This document shows positions 35,712 through 50,631 of a DNA stretch of 64,000 nucleotides, piece after piece. This DNA is from Rotaria socialis (taxonomy: Eukaryota). Under the pieces are notes generated by a model that worked only from the letters and a program-made list of their open reading frames with translations, was not told where the DNA came from and ran no database searches. Every line of letters begins with the position of its first letter. Position 1 is the stretch's first letter. Made by a program: the position numbers and the translations under genes. Location of the stretch: the NCBI GenBank assembly GCA_905331295.1, contig CAJNYD010000012.1, forward strand, positions 1 through 64,000, written 5' to 3'.

Positions 35712-37493
35712 TTTGAAATCTTTTCGAATGTAACTTACTACAAGATGAATATAGGTTGAACTAACTGGAAACTGTAACGAACATGTTGAAATTTAAATTG
35801 AACAAAGACCGCGTCAAAGATAGTCATTATTGGTTCAAATTCATATATACGGTAGAGGGCAGAACGCATTCGATAAACGAAGACGCTCCTATCTATATAT
35901 ATGCAAAAAATGATTTCGTACGTAGAAACATGATCAACACACAAATATATGAAATATTTTGATTTTATAGTGCTTCTTGTTTCTACGTAAATGTGCTGTC
36001 TGACGAATTTTAATAATAAAATCATGCTTAGATTCAGCTAGAACAGAATAATATTAGTAGAGCACTGTAAGCACGCTCATTATAGATTGATGTAAATATT
36101 TATGTTAACAAAATGAAGAATAAATCTAGATGTTGAAAATGAAAATTATGTGAAATCTTTTAATTGTGTTACTGATAACCAGAGATTAATCAGAAAGTTT
36201 GATATAGAAAGTCTACATCAATAGAATAAGCACATTGACACATCTTCATTAATATACAAAACACTGCCGTTAGCATGGTCAGGAATATATGAGCTATGGC
36301 CAATTGACCGGGTAAAGTGTTTTAAGTAGAGAGCAGCTATGGGCAGTAACTTTTTAATCTTTGAATAATTATGAATGCTTCAAGAGCCCGCTGGCTCCAA
36401 TAGTCCATGACATAAAAGACTAATCAATAGCTTAAAGCTGCTCATGTCATCGATAGAAAGAACCGTAACGATTACTTATGATTGTATGGCAAGTATCCTT
36501 ATGGTATATTTTTTTTTACATAATATTGTACAATATTCAAAAGTAGTAGCTAACTATAATATGAAATTGAATACTGAGCAAATAAACAGCTGCTCAAACG
36601 CAATAGTTTATAAAAAAAAAAAGGAATTTACTTAAATTATCAAGATTTTCATCAACGCATTAATTATTGCGATTGTACTGAATTTTTGAACTTTACAACC
36701 ATGATCAGATCCATAATAGTTTAGAAAATCAGGAAGAACCGATTTTTTCCATTCATACCATATAGGCAAATTATTAATAACTTACCAAGGACAATATGTG
36801 ACGACGAATCCTTATATACTTTCGATTCATCTCGTCGGAGCTCAAATATAAGTTTAGTCGACAACACATTAGACTGTATCGCCTCATTGTTAATAAAAAT
36901 CGGTGTTTAAAAAAAACTTCACTGTACTTCCAAGTCATTATAATCGTTGTATTAGTCACAATCAATATTTGATTTGAAAAATGAATCAATCAGAGTCGTC
37001 TAACTAATAATATCTTCTTCCATTCGTATCGTCTCACAATGTGAAGTATTAATCGATCTAGACAGACTTTCATTACATCCTGTTTTATTTTACAAAAATG
37101 TAAAATTTTTTATTTGAGAAACCATTCAATACTTTAATCTGTCGTTACGCATTTAAACATATATATATATATATATATAGGTTGAAATTGGATATATGTG
37201 TCTGTGTAGGACAATACACTGAATAATCTCAAAGAAAAATCATATGATTATACTTTTCAAATATTTTATCATTAATTTATTATATAATTTTTTTCTTCTA
37301 TTCGAGTGAATAAAAAAAAATGTTCAGAGCCAAAAAAATAGGTAGAATAAGATCTAGTTTCTATCTATCGTCATTCCAAGAACGATGATATTACGTAGAT
37401 GAGTGATACGTAAGAACAAAAGAAGAAAACAAACGAAGCAAAGAAATATATAAAAGAGAAAATAGACATCTTTCGCCGATTGATTTTCACTTC

Positions 37494-40400
37494 TTAAATA
37501 GTACTTAACACCAGTTTCAATTGCCGACTGATATGTTTCGATAGATTTTGTGAACGTTCTTGTACTTTTCTCGCTCGTTCAAAAGCTTCATTTAATCCGT
37601 TCAAATCGGTGCAAGTTAGTTTCTAAAAATCAATCAACGGAAAATTTAATTAATATTTGTTTTTGCTCTACTCACATCCTCGGAATCACTATCGGAAGAT
37701 GCTAAATCGTCGATGAATTTACGATATCGTTTAAGTTTTCTTGAACAATCAGAAATAATATAAAAGCAAAATAAATATTATATTTACCTATTTCCACTTT
37801 CGTAGCCGGGATCATCGATATCACTTGTAACTCGTCGTAAATTTGAATCGATATGATGACTAGAAATAGCACGTGCGCTTTTTTTTGACAATCTATGTAG
37901 ATTAATTGAAATACAAACCGATGAAAATATGAAGTAACACTGCCACATTCATCACATTTATATAAATTTTGAGTGGATTTTGTCTGAGATGCTGGTCGAT
38001 AATATGTTACAGTTGAAGGTTTAGTTTTTTCTTCAGCATATCGACTATATATATATATATATATACATTTGTACAATAATTAAGTTGTCTTTTATTGAAA
38101 AATCAATGATTTACATACTATATAACGCCTGTTTGAGGATCTAAATAAAGTTTATTTGCTGGCTGTGTTTGTTTATTGTATTGTCGTGCATTTTGATTAA
38201 GTTTTTCTTGTGAATTTCGATGTGTGTGTGCTTGATCGACGTAGAATGAACTTTTATACATTGTTTCACGATTTCTTGAGGACAGAGAATTTTGTTGAAT
38301 AAATCCACTTTGATATTTTCTACTCATTTTACGATTGGATTCTAATTTTGATGATATTTGCGGTGCAGTTTGTGGTCGATAGGGTCGAGTTTTATAACTG
38401 TCTAAATCAATACTATCGTTCGATAGACTTCGATGAGAGGTTGCTTTTGAATGTGAACGTTGTGTTGTCGATCTTTGCGGTGATAAATTATAATACGATC
38501 GTTTTTTAGATGATGCCGATTGTGGATATGTATCAAATGAACCAGTTAAATGAGCTTCTAGATCCGATGGATAAGCATCTACATGTGGTTAGACAAAAAA
38601 AGAGCTTGAATTTTTTCTCTATTAGACTAGATTCGTATTGATCGGATCACGCTGTTTCAAAAACGAAGTCTCGAATTTTTGTTTTCAATACGATGAATAG
38701 AATAGCTGCGTCGTTGAAAATAACATATAAATGTTTTTTATCGGTTTGTGAAAAATCAGAATTGATAGAAGAGACAAAAATGTCTTTTTTTTTAAATTAT
38801 GTTACTGTTTGCCAATTTTGTATCATGAATCGATAGAAACTGTTTATAGAACAATTCAAAACGAAGCAAAAATCATATTTACACTTGCTCAAAAATTATT
38901 TTGTAAAGAAATCCGCAAGTCGTAGGTTTTTTTGAAAAAAAAAACATACTTTTGAGAATTAGATTTGCACTTATTCGAAATAGCTCCCTACTCGACAATC
39001 CAATCATGTGAAAATAAATGAGAGAGAGAAAATGCTGAGTTGAGGGCGTCTTACCTGAGTGGCCACTAGGTTTTCGTCGACGATTGTCATCAAGCTGTTT
39101 CGATGATGATGGACGGTCGAATTTTTTTGTATATTTGCTTTTAAAAAAAGAATAGAAGAAATGTATGAATGCAATCACAAATTCGGTTAGAATGCAACTG
39201 AAGGACGAATGGAATAAAACGAAAAAAGAAAAGTTCTTTTCTTCTTTTCTTTCGTTTATTGTTGATTGACACTGTTAAATATTCTTTTTGTTGTCGATAC
39301 TTATGTGTGAAGTATAACGATTTTAGAGATACAAAATTTACCTATAAGGGCTTCCGGGACTTGCGGCACCTGAACCACTTGAACGTGACGATGAAAGATT
39401 TGAAATCGATTCTGTAACAATAAAAATAAATACAAAAAAAGAGTTCTTTCTTCTGTTTTTCTTGATTATAGTCACCTTGTTCTTCATCGGAATAGCGTCG
39501 TTGTTCTTCATCCAGCGATTGGTAATGACTTTCATCCATTGTACTCGTGTTCAATTTACTAAAAAAAAGAAAAAGATAACCTTGTCTTTAGTCTTTTTTC
39601 TCCCCGCGTATAATAGGTTTACCTATCACGGCTTAATTTAGTAGTATTATTTGTGCCGATACCACTATCGTAATCGCTATTACGTGTTCGCATTGAACTA
39701 GCTGAACATCGAGTGCCTGTCCTTGGTATTGAAACAGATGATGTGGTTAGTTCTTTGTCATTTTGATAGATATGAGTAAGTTTCTAATGAGAATTAATTA
39801 TGAAATCAATTATTTCAGTTTATTAGAATTCTTTTACTTTCTGTTGAGTTCTATTATTTCGTTTTGATTGTGATACATTTTCAAGATTGTCGTATTCTTG
39901 AAATGTTTGTTTAGTAGGATATTTCTTTTTCTTTGTTATTGTTGTTGTTGTTGGGACCCCATGTATATGAGCTTGTTCTTCATCAACTTGTTGGTATTGT
40001 TTAGTGGATGTAAACGGAATATGATCGACGCTGAATGAAGCTGATTCCATGCCTTTCGATAATGGAACTGGCGTAGAATCACTAATTTGTTGTTGGTCAT
40101 CGTCAGAGTTCTGTAAGTAATGAAGCGAAAAAGAAAAAACATTAAAATTCCATCGCTAATGATGATATGAGACCGAGACAAAGAAATCGATGTAAAAGAT
40201 TGATTATTTAACTTCATTGAATCCGTATTCGATCGAGCGTTGAATTGAACTCTATGATCTCAGTCTTTTCTTCTTTGATTTCCGATGTGATTGAAACCGG
40301 AGAAAAACTGCGAGTAAACTATTTGCTCCTATGGGTACCATAGTTTGACATTTCAATGTTTCTACTGATCGCAAAAATCCTATTTTATTTTGCAATAAAA

Positions 40401-43400
40401 TATCGAATTAAAATCCCTTTAGATTTTTAGGATTCACGATCTGTTTTTTCTCTTCGAAGATTTGAACGCTATGTTGTTGAGAATTTTAACTTTTAATAAA
40501 AATGGTCCAGGCTATGAGCTAATTAGCATATTCGTGATTAGACAGCATGTGGTGAAAGTTTTCAAGAAGCTAGAAACAAATCAACCTTGGTGTCAGTAGT
40601 TTCAATGAAAAAAAGCGTCACTCAAAAGGTGAACAAGGCATATTTAAAACGATTTTGCCGTAATAAATGTTCTCTAATGGCATAATAGTGAAAAGAAACA
40701 TACTCCAGATACATAAACATAGGGTTGCTTATTTTTTGTTGTTGGTGGATCCCGATTGGCAATATCTGATCGAGTTGAATCATGAGAATAACTATAGTAA
40801 AATACGTTGATGAAGTAAAATTTAGTGACAAACAAAATTCACTTACGATTTTCTCAATTGTCTTGATCCTGTTTCCAATCCTGTATTTAAAGACTTGAGG
40901 GCCGGATTTTGCTCTACAGTATCAGCATTAACAGCATTCATGATTTTCTGATATTGATCCATAAGATCACCATGATTACAGATAGAAGATCGATGAGATG
41001 ATTGACTCTATGATTTAATTCAATGCAAACAATAAAAGATATTTTCCTAAACTTCGATCTTTACCAATTGACTGCCTTCTCGTGTTAAATGACCATTCTC
41101 AGAACCACTATTTGATTTGCCAAGTAAATTATCTGTTATTCGTTTAACGATTTCTTTTAGTAATTGTTTCATTGTTTCTAATTCATTATTTAAATCTCTA
41201 AAGAAAAAGAATTCTTCAAAAATCAGATTTTCTAAGGAAATATTCATCATATTTACGCATCAAAATCAATATCAGCAAGATCATTACTATGTTTTGATGT
41301 ATCATATGCTTTTAATAATTTTTCATAATCTTCTTTAATATTTTCATAGACTTGTTTTTGTTCAGCTAAACTCAATTGGTTAGCATCCATTAATGTAATA
41401 AACGATTTCATCTATTAAATGTGAAAAATGTGTTTGTTTATTATTTTCGTTTTTGTTCTTCAATTCGTTTACCTTTTCAGCTAATGTTTTTGTTTGAATG
41501 AGTAAATCAAGTCTAACAGTTTCTGGTGTTGTTAATTCTTGCACAATAATCTTTTGCTGCGGAGATTCATCGAAAAATACCGATTCTACTGTGCCAGATG
41601 GCGATGTACCTAGATGTTAAGAAAAATTAGTTTTTCATTTGAATTTTCGTTTCAAAAATGCATAGGAAATGAAAGTATAGAAAAAATAAATAAAAGTATA
41701 TATGGGAGATTGAGAAGAAAGAGTGTTTCCATACGATATTCATACTACTTTTGAGTCTATAGAGAATAATAACAAAACTTATCAAGAAGTGATATAAGGG
41801 TCTCGATAGTTGTCAGCAATGATCTTCGTATTCGCTCTCGTTTCTTTTTGTGAATGACGAGGTAAGGGGCTGACCTCTTTGTTCATGCCTGGTGGCTATG
41901 TACCACTTACATTCTACACTACTCAGATGCTGACCACTTAATGACGACATGATGTGATAGCAGAGAATCATGTAAACTAACGTTCGCCTAGAACATTAGC
42001 AGCTACTACATAATACTCGGCTTCTGTCAAAATCGGTCCGGGGCAGTGAAAAGTGTTGTTAAAAATTCATAAGCTTTTTCATTCTTTGCTTGAGGCTGTA
42101 TATCTTTACTTTCGCGGCTTCTGCTAATGCGATAACTGTAAAGTCGAACAGCCAAGCAAATAATGAAAAATGCATAACCTTCAATTTATTCATTCTTTCA
42201 GTACACAAATACTTCTTTAATTCATCATTAGAGATATTATAATTCAATTTCACGTTCGAGAGGAAAAATCAGCAAATGACTTCTACCTATAAGATACATC
42301 AGTTGTTTAACGATTATCAAACGAATGCATGCGCATACCTATCAAATAATCAGTTTTATTCAACTATTTTATGTTTAATTTTTCTAATCGGTTGTAAAAT
42401 AAATCGGTAAACATAGTTTTATACCTGTTTCGTTTATAATAATAATTCTTAATACATTTCTGATGGCTTCTCTTTGGTGTTAAATGGCGGTTTGTTGAGA
42501 AAGTATGTTCACTTTTATTTCCTCAGTTGATACGTGCTGATGTAAAAATGAAACAAGAGAAGAAGAAAAAAGTTTGAATGAATCGATTTGACACTTGAAA
42601 TTTTGTAGTGAGGCAATGTATATGAGAAATCAATTTTTTTCTTTTAACTCTCGTCGTCGACTTCTCAAAGGGTTTCATGACATATGTTGTGATTAGAAAC
42701 TCGTACGAAAGAAAACGACCAATGAAAGCAACACCTTACACAGATATTAAAGAAAATGTGAGAATTTAAAAAGTGAAAACGAAATAATTCCTTTTGTCTT
42801 CGGATTAATGGAACAGAAAAAGAAAACGCCAAGGATGTCTGTATTGATTTTTTTGATTGACGTCAAAGTGAAAAGAAAAGCGATTGTATGAAAATATTTT
42901 TATATGCAAAATTCGTTTTATTCGATTTTTCTTTTTCAAGATCTACGAAAATGATACTACACTGATCTTGTTACATCGAAAAATGAAATTAAAACCCGAA
43001 CAAGACAAAATCGCTATGTCAAATAAATTACTATTTGAACTCGAAATACGATATCTAGTTATCACTACGTTGCAGCAGTCTTTCAGCGCTTCATGGGTTG
43101 TTAGTATTTGATTTGAAAATGTTTCTAAATATAGAATTGTTCAAGAATTTTTCTCAGGATAACTAGTCAAGGATCTGGTAAGTATTCATTTACTGAGATG
43201 ATTAATTCTCAACGTAGAGTACTCAATCAAGATACTATAATATATGACACGTGAGAGTACTTCAGTGTCTACGGTTGATCAGTGTTTTGTTACCCTGCAA
43301 AAAGAATGAACGAAATTTCTACTACTGTGATAAAGTTTTGCACTATTCTAATATTATAGATGCATCGAGATTTCGAGTGAATATCATTGATTTGACGCAT

Positions 43401-46400
43401 TATAGCAACACAAGAAAAATAATTTAATGAGGAAACATAGGGCTTAGAAATTTCTAGCGGCTTCATCACGGTGATCTCGTTTATTAGTGTTAGATTGTTG
43501 TCAGTTTCGAACGAATTGCATTCTAATACTCTGTATCAGTCTCCCGCTTTAGTTTCAGCTGTTCACTTGATTTATTTACATCAAGAAAAGATAGCATCCA
43601 GCTCTTGAACTTCAACGAAATAGCAAATGGCAATAAAGAGGCGAACATCATCCTCACCCTTGTTCAAACAGGGGGTGAAAAAAATGCTTGCATTAACTCA
43701 GTTTTTTTTTATCCTATCAATGCTGTCTCAAATAGTCAAACAGGAATGTCATTATAATAAGTAAAAGTCGATGAAAGAAAATGTATAATGAAGGTGTCGC
43801 GAATAAGTGATACTTGTTATAGCAGACAAGGACGTTGACATTTGACAATCAGCTTTTTTTCAATAGTTCGAATGTAAAAGTTACTATCAAATTATTTGAA
43901 TGTGAAAAGGTTCTCGTGACAAACAGCGAAAACGTTGCGACACTGAATAGACGTTCAGTTCAAGGATTTATCAGTGACATCGAATGACAGTGTCAATGCG
44001 CTCTCCTCGGCGGCTAAGAAGGTAAGATAGTAACAGTTGATCAGAATTTTTAGATGTAAGACTCAGATCAAGAAAATATGTTTAGTTGGAAAATTTTAAA
44101 GATATTCTGTCACGATCTGAAATGAAATGAATCTAATTAATAGCGCATGCGGGAATAGTGACTATTATCAGAACTCTCTTTTTTTCATGTTCGCTAATCA
44201 TAGATGTCGAAGAAGTGATATAATCGAATTCTCATTAAACGTTACGACAACAAAATGAAAAGACAATTGATATCATTGGTTGCATTTAGTATAACTCATT
44301 TTGAACTGAAATTAACTTGTATCATCTTTCATCAGAAAGTTAGTCTTTATATAAGAGGAAAAAATGAACGTGTTAAGTTACTTCATCAATAACGACTAAG
44401 TAGATAAGGGTCAGATGTCGTTATGCATCTGTCTGAGAGAATTTAAAAATTCTAGATAAACTTCAGTAAATAGATATATATTATATATGTTAATCTTGTG
44501 TAACTGATAAAACGTTTGAGTTTGTTAAGACTAGAATTAAAACTCATCTATTCGACATGAAAATAACTGAAATCAATATAAATGTATTGGCGATTCGATG
44601 TTGGAAGGATTCTTTAGTGAATTTATAGCATACTCGACTATTGCAATAACTATAAACATGTGGAGTCTATTGAATTCAACGCATAGACAATAAACCACTA
44701 CTCGACGTCGTATTAGCGGGGATTCGGATATCCTATAAGTGCAAGGTTTCATTATGAAACAGTTTTCCGGTAAATGAAATGCGTTAACTTTTAGGTTCGA
44801 AAACATATCGTAAAAAATTCAATTGAACTAGTGCTTTTCTTGGGAGAGTAGGGCGGCTGCTCAAATTCCTGAGGCTGCTGCCCTATTTCATTTGAATTAA
44901 TATAACGTTTTTTTAGAACCTCAAGTCTATCGTATTCAGCATTTTAACCTCCATAGATTTTGATAAAGGTATGCGGCATTCGAGCGGGAAAAAATCATCA
45001 ATCCCTCGTTTTTATATTATTGAATCGTAGTGTTTCAGTGTTTGTTTGTTTGTTTTTTTTTAAGCAGAAATATTTACTTTTTTCCACGGATCTTGTTGTT
45101 GTGGTGGTTGTGGCTGATGTAATCGAGTGTACTTGTCTTATCGATGAAAATGGTGTGCTATTTATTGAATGATAAATTCCATTAGATTGTAAGTCGGCCA
45201 TTTGAACTTTAGGTTGTTGAATAAAGTGTACGGTACCCTTAAAATAAATAGGTCATAGTAGTAATGCGCATGACTTTGGGAAATCTTGTTATATCTAACT
45301 TCAGCTGAGTTTATGGGTGGTGTATTATCGCCTAACATTTTCGGTTGAAAACGTAATTGATCAATAGTATTTTCTGCTTGAGCATATTTTTCTAATAGTT
45401 CTTCATAGTTTTCATGCAATTTATTTAATAATTCTCCTGTTTGTTTTCCATGCCGTTTTTGTTCTTTTAATTTTAATTTAAGGTCAGCTTCTGGAAGATG
45501 ATTTGTTTCGGAATCATCATCATCACTACTTGGCAGTTGTATAGGTCGTTGGTTTATTGCTGGTGTATGACCAGCTGACGACGAGATTTTCTTTGGCAGC
45601 GAAACTGTTTTCGGTTGAGCGATTGGAGTAAATGGAGAAGCTTTTTTATTAGTTTGACTTGGTGGCTGTTGTTTAGCTTCTTTGATTGAAGGCATCTGTA
45701 ATGAGGATGATGATGACGATGATGCACGATCATTGGCAGTAAAAAATCGAAAAGCACCTTTGCTTGATGTTGCTGCTGGAACTGGTACAGGTATTTTCGA
45801 AGGAGCTGCAGCTGATTGAACATGTCTGACATGAGAAGAATCGAAATGAAATGATTCTATTTTTATGAATAAATTTTCTGACCTATTTGTTGTTGCAGCT
45901 GGACTACGTGATCTTGATTGAGATGATGAATTCGTTCGAACAGGAATCTTTGAAATTGGTCGCCGCTGATCGTCATTTGCTCTTGATGTGCGTAGTGGCG
46001 ATATCATTGAATTACTACTTTTAGTTCGAGAAGATGATGATGTTGTTGTCTGCATGCTATCTAGTTCAGACAGAGAGTGCAGTTGTTGTGTGCTTGCTTT
46101 GAAATCACTTGATAACGATTTATGAGTATTGCGTGGTTGATGCTTTGTATTCAAGTTGCCAACTAATTTGTTACGTTCGGGTGGAAACTATGTAGAGAGC
46201 GAGAAAGAAAAAGAAATAATAGACACATTGGTGTGCATTTTAACAAAAAAGGAAAGGTATGAATAGAAGAATTAATTTATTGGAGCTCTACTATTAAAAG
46301 AAAGCGACGATCATATTGTTTTTTGTTAGCTTGATTATGTTGGCAGAAAAAAAACTTTAAAATCTACTGAAGTAAAGATTTTTTTCTGCAAACGCTGATT

Positions 46401-47054
46401 TATAGGATATTTAAAGTGCGCCATACGATGACTAGCATTTTAAATATTCCGAGTGTTTTCTGTACATAGATGCGAAATTTATTTAATAAGCTTGTTTTTT
46501 TTAGAGGTTTTTAATGGACATCTTGAAAAGGTTTCAAGCAGTTCTCTCATCCTTAGTTGTCTATCTTTAATCGTCTTTTCTGCATGAAAAACACTTACCA
46601 AACGATGTTGATTGGAATCTAAAAATAATCCTTTATCGTGTTCTGTTTCTAATAAAGAATTTTCACCTCGATAAATCGACTTTCGAAAATTATTTTCATC
46701 CAAAGAATGTCTTCGCGGCCAATCCTCTTCATACAATGTTACTTGTCGCGTTAAAAATGGCGATTGAGTATTAGTTGACGAAGTAAATAGATCATTTTCT
46801 TTTTCGTCATCGTCATCATCGTTATTATTATTGCTATCGTCACTTTGACTACAACTATCGTCATAATCTGAAGGACATTCTAACATATTAGTATTATCGT
46901 TTTGAATTGTTCTTGCTTTATAACGTTCAACGTTGATACGATGATTATCGTCCTCGTCGTCGTCATCATCATCATCGCTTTTTGAATCATTCTCTAATGA
47001 TGAACTTGAACTATTATTTTGATTCTTTCGAAAAAACGAAAATGACGATCGCAT
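37494..47054 (-). CDS. AKNA-domain (AKNA/AKNAD1-like) centrosomal coiled-coil protein; many exons, internal structure approximate
   Basis: LNKLHENYEELLEKYAQAENTIDQLRF matches the AKNA-domain signature. Downstream YKCDECG and a terminal helix LNEAFERARKVQERSQNLSKHISRQL resemble the AKNA C-terminus. Includes an intron of about 3.5 kb at 41.6-45.07 kb. Confidence 0.78.
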
Positions 47055-49621
47055 AATGACGATAAATTTGAACTATTAAGTCCTATGGATTGATTCCATA
47101 CGTATATATCTTGAATAAAACGAAGAAAAAAAAGAAAAAGGAAAGAATACAAAAGTTCATTGTTCTCTTCTACTATCGCGTGTATGCATGATTCGTAATG
47201 ACCAACAGGTGATGGAAGAAAAAGTTGAAATCGGAGAGTAACAAACACTTGATCTGCTCTGTTTCTTTGATAGTTTTGTTTGATTTTCATAGTAAAAGAA
47301 AAGAAGAAAAAACGAAAGCGAATGACAATTATATGTGCTGATGTATTGTATGTACTTCGTACAAGAATCATTCGAAGGAAAAAAATGTTTACTGAAGATA
47401 GAACTCTAATACATATGGTAGATCAAAAAGGAAAATCATTATAACCTATGTTGATTTATTTGTATGAGTTCTGAAAGAGAGCAAAAGTGAGAGTAAGAGA
47501 GAGAAAAGAAAAACATCTTTTGGTAAGTATAAAAATAATATTTACATGGATGAAAATGTGATTCTATGCATACGAATGCATAGTTCGTCGCCATTTAAAT
47601 AGATGTTGTTATAGTAGCAACCACGATTTCTATTTGATGAAAAAAGGAATGTATTTATTAGGTTTCAAACTGTGATTGATTTTCACTGATACGATAAAGA
47701 TTTATGCATACTTGAGACTATCTGATACCGGAGGTCCTTTTTACTCTCTCTATCAGGAATGAATATATATATATATATATATGTATACGTATAAATCTTG
47801 CATTATCCTTGGTCGAGTGTATTAATGGGGCGAAGAAAAAAGAACGAGGATAAATGAGCGTTATGTTTAATATAACATGCGATTCGATTATGAAACATAG
47901 AGTAGTTGGACTTGCAAAACTTCAATGTGTTCATTTTGTGCATATGCAAAGCGCATGTTTTTATTATGCAAATCTGCAATGGTAAATCAGTTGTGTTTCA
48001 AGAGACGTTCAATTTCGATTGAACATGAAATTGTTTTCTTTTGTTGTTTGCATCGAGACGATGGAATTGTTGACTAGTACCGTTGATCGATGAAAAGGAA
48101 GACTCAAGCGAGGATATGTGCATCGAACTTACCTGACTTGACAGATTGTAGTCTGAAGACGAATGAATGCAGACGTTGATAATACTACATAGAACAATTC
48201 TTTTTTTTCTGTGTTATAAAATGTGGCTGACGAAGCTTTGTTCGTTTTTTTCTATATTAAATTCAAAATGAAAAATCAATAAGATCAAAGAAAAATCGAG
48301 TATGATCTTAGCCTGTTGCTTTTAAATATATGTGAGCATTGTTTTCTTAAATGTAATTAGAAGCGAGGACAAATACAGCAATCATGTGTTTAACCTCGAC
48401 ATGCTGTAAAAAAAATTTTGAGAAAAACCTTGTAGAATATTGAAAAATTAATTGGGAAAAAAGTCATTGTCAACTACACTTCAGTGTCGGTCATTTGTAT
48501 AGACGAATAATACAAAAGAACAAGGTTAATTATGCAAATCATCTTTCTTTTTCTTTTCTTTTTTTTTGAATCAGTATGCAAAAACATACATTTCAATTAA
48601 TCGAACATAAAATAATCACTATCTGAAGTATGCACAAATTTTCATAGTAATAAAGATTTTGGTTTTATGATGGCCTGCCTTTGAAACCAATGTCGATTCG
48701 AGTGGTGTGTAGAATCTTTTTTTTTCTATAATTGAGATAATTCACAAAGATTTACAAGACACGCTGCATCTACAATGGAGAAAAAATGAACTTACAGCCT
48801 ATAATTAGCTTCCACACCATTCAATCGAAATTTATTTATTAAAATAGTTCGTGTTGATATACCGGAAATAAGAAAGGCAGAGAATGTTCAATAGGATTCA
48901 TAAATAATGAAGCTGTTTTAAATTACTATTCAAGAAGAATTTGCCTCATTGAAAGACATCTTCAGACTATCTTGCATACAAATATCTGTTTCCGTATAGG
49001 TATTTCTAGTTTGAGATAGTTTTCTATTGTCGATTTTCTTATCAAAACGTTTTACAGCAAAATACTAAATCTAACTCACCAACTTTCAGCGTTATGAATC
49101 TATGAAAGTTTTACAACACGATTTTTCTTCATTTAGACACTGAAGAAGTAAAAAAAACGATGTTGACATACGATTATTTCATTTCATTGAAGACTTCAAG
49201 AAAGAAAACCTACTACTTTATATTATTTTAAACGGAGTTGATTTTAAATTCTTGGTCTTCTTACGTATTCAATTGCGTATCCTAATCCGTGTCATTGAAT
49301 TCGCAAAAGAAATCATAAACTAGTCTCATATAAATCCTTGGAGTACCTTCTGCTATCGAAAACCAATAAAACATTGCATTTTCTGCATGAACTGTTTTCA
49401 AATTTTTATTAACTGATTTGATGCGTTTTTGGCACTTTTTGAGAGAGCCACCTTTGATATTTCGCACTGATAAGGTCCTCGTCTAATCGGTCACATACGC
49501 CATCTTTGTTTATTAACTTCAATTGGTGCGGTATGGTTAGGACTGATTTTACTTCTCTCACTCGCTAGTTATTCGACTTTTCGAGTAAAATGGAGTAGCA
49601 TCTCAATTTCTTTTGTTTTAG

Positions 49622-50234
49622 ATGAGTTCAACAAAACAACTTCCAAACATTGTCGTCTGTGGTACACCAGGTATATTATTTTTCTGCCTTACATATGTCT
49701 TTTAATTTCTATTTCTAAGGTGTTGGTAAATCTCGTCTTTGCGAAGCACTTTGCTCAAAAAATAAATCATTGACATATATCAACATTAATGCATTAGCCA
49801 AACAGGAAAAATTTCTTCTTGAATATGACGATGAAAATGAATGCCGAATTTTAGATGATGAAGCTGTACATGATTATCTAAACGAGGAATATTTTGAAAA
49901 ATCAACTCCACCATCCGGTTTAGTTCTTGATTATCATAGCGCCGGAATTATTCCTGAGAGTGATCATATCCATGGTGTATTTGTTGTTCGTTGTAGTAAT
50001 GATAAATTATATGATCGATTGAAACAACGAAATTATTCGGCGAAAAAAATTGAACAAAATATTCAGTCGGAAATTTTTCAAGTCTGTCTCGATGAAGCAG
50101 AAGAATCATTCGATGAAGATATTGTTCACAAAATTACAAATGAAACCGAAGATGATTTCGAGAAAAATGTTGAAAATCTGTCAAATTGGATTGCGCAATG
50201 GTCATCAGATAATGATACACAGAAGAAAAATTGA
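49622..50234 (+). CDS. AK6: Adenylate kinase 6 (hCINAP/Fap7); 2 exons
   Basis: PNIVVCGTPG|VGKS P-loop split by a short intron; LVLDYH; LYDRLKQRNYSAKKIEQNIQSEIFQ..EAEESF. Confidence 0.93.
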
Positions 50235-50631
50235 TATTTTAAAACAGAATATTGCTGTTTTTGTTATTTGCAAATAAAAAGAAACGAACAGAATATGATT
50301 CATTCTTAGGATTGATGAAATTTCGAAAGCTACATTCATGAATAAAAGAAAGCATCGCGATGGAACGTATTGTCAAATGAACGCACTGACACTTCGAATG
50401 AAACAGTGACCTTAGATTGATTCTAATCGAGAATGTCTCCGCCAAGAGAATACAATTAGATCCTATGAACATAAAAAGCTGTATCTAGTCTAGCCGCACA
50501 TATTTAGGCCAATGTATTCCGAGAAGAGAAGTTTTATTTTTAATAGTAATTTTTAACAAAATCAGTACAATTATGAACGAAAACAATGTGTATTCTTATT
50601 TTATTTTTAACTGTTCAAAACAGATTTTTCA

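Noticed and set aside
36331..36443. GAGCAGCT...AGCTGCTC inverted ends, a possible small MITE
   Set aside because: Only 8 bp of perfect match and no clear TSD.
42059..42253. KLNYNIS..C fragment reminiscent of a hAT-like transposase C-terminus
   Set aside because: Too short, and I could not extend the similarity upstream.
44838..44885. GC-rich hairpin TAGGGCGGC...GCTGCCCTA in the AKNA intron
   Set aside because: Isolated. No ncRNA signature or partner TIR could be established.
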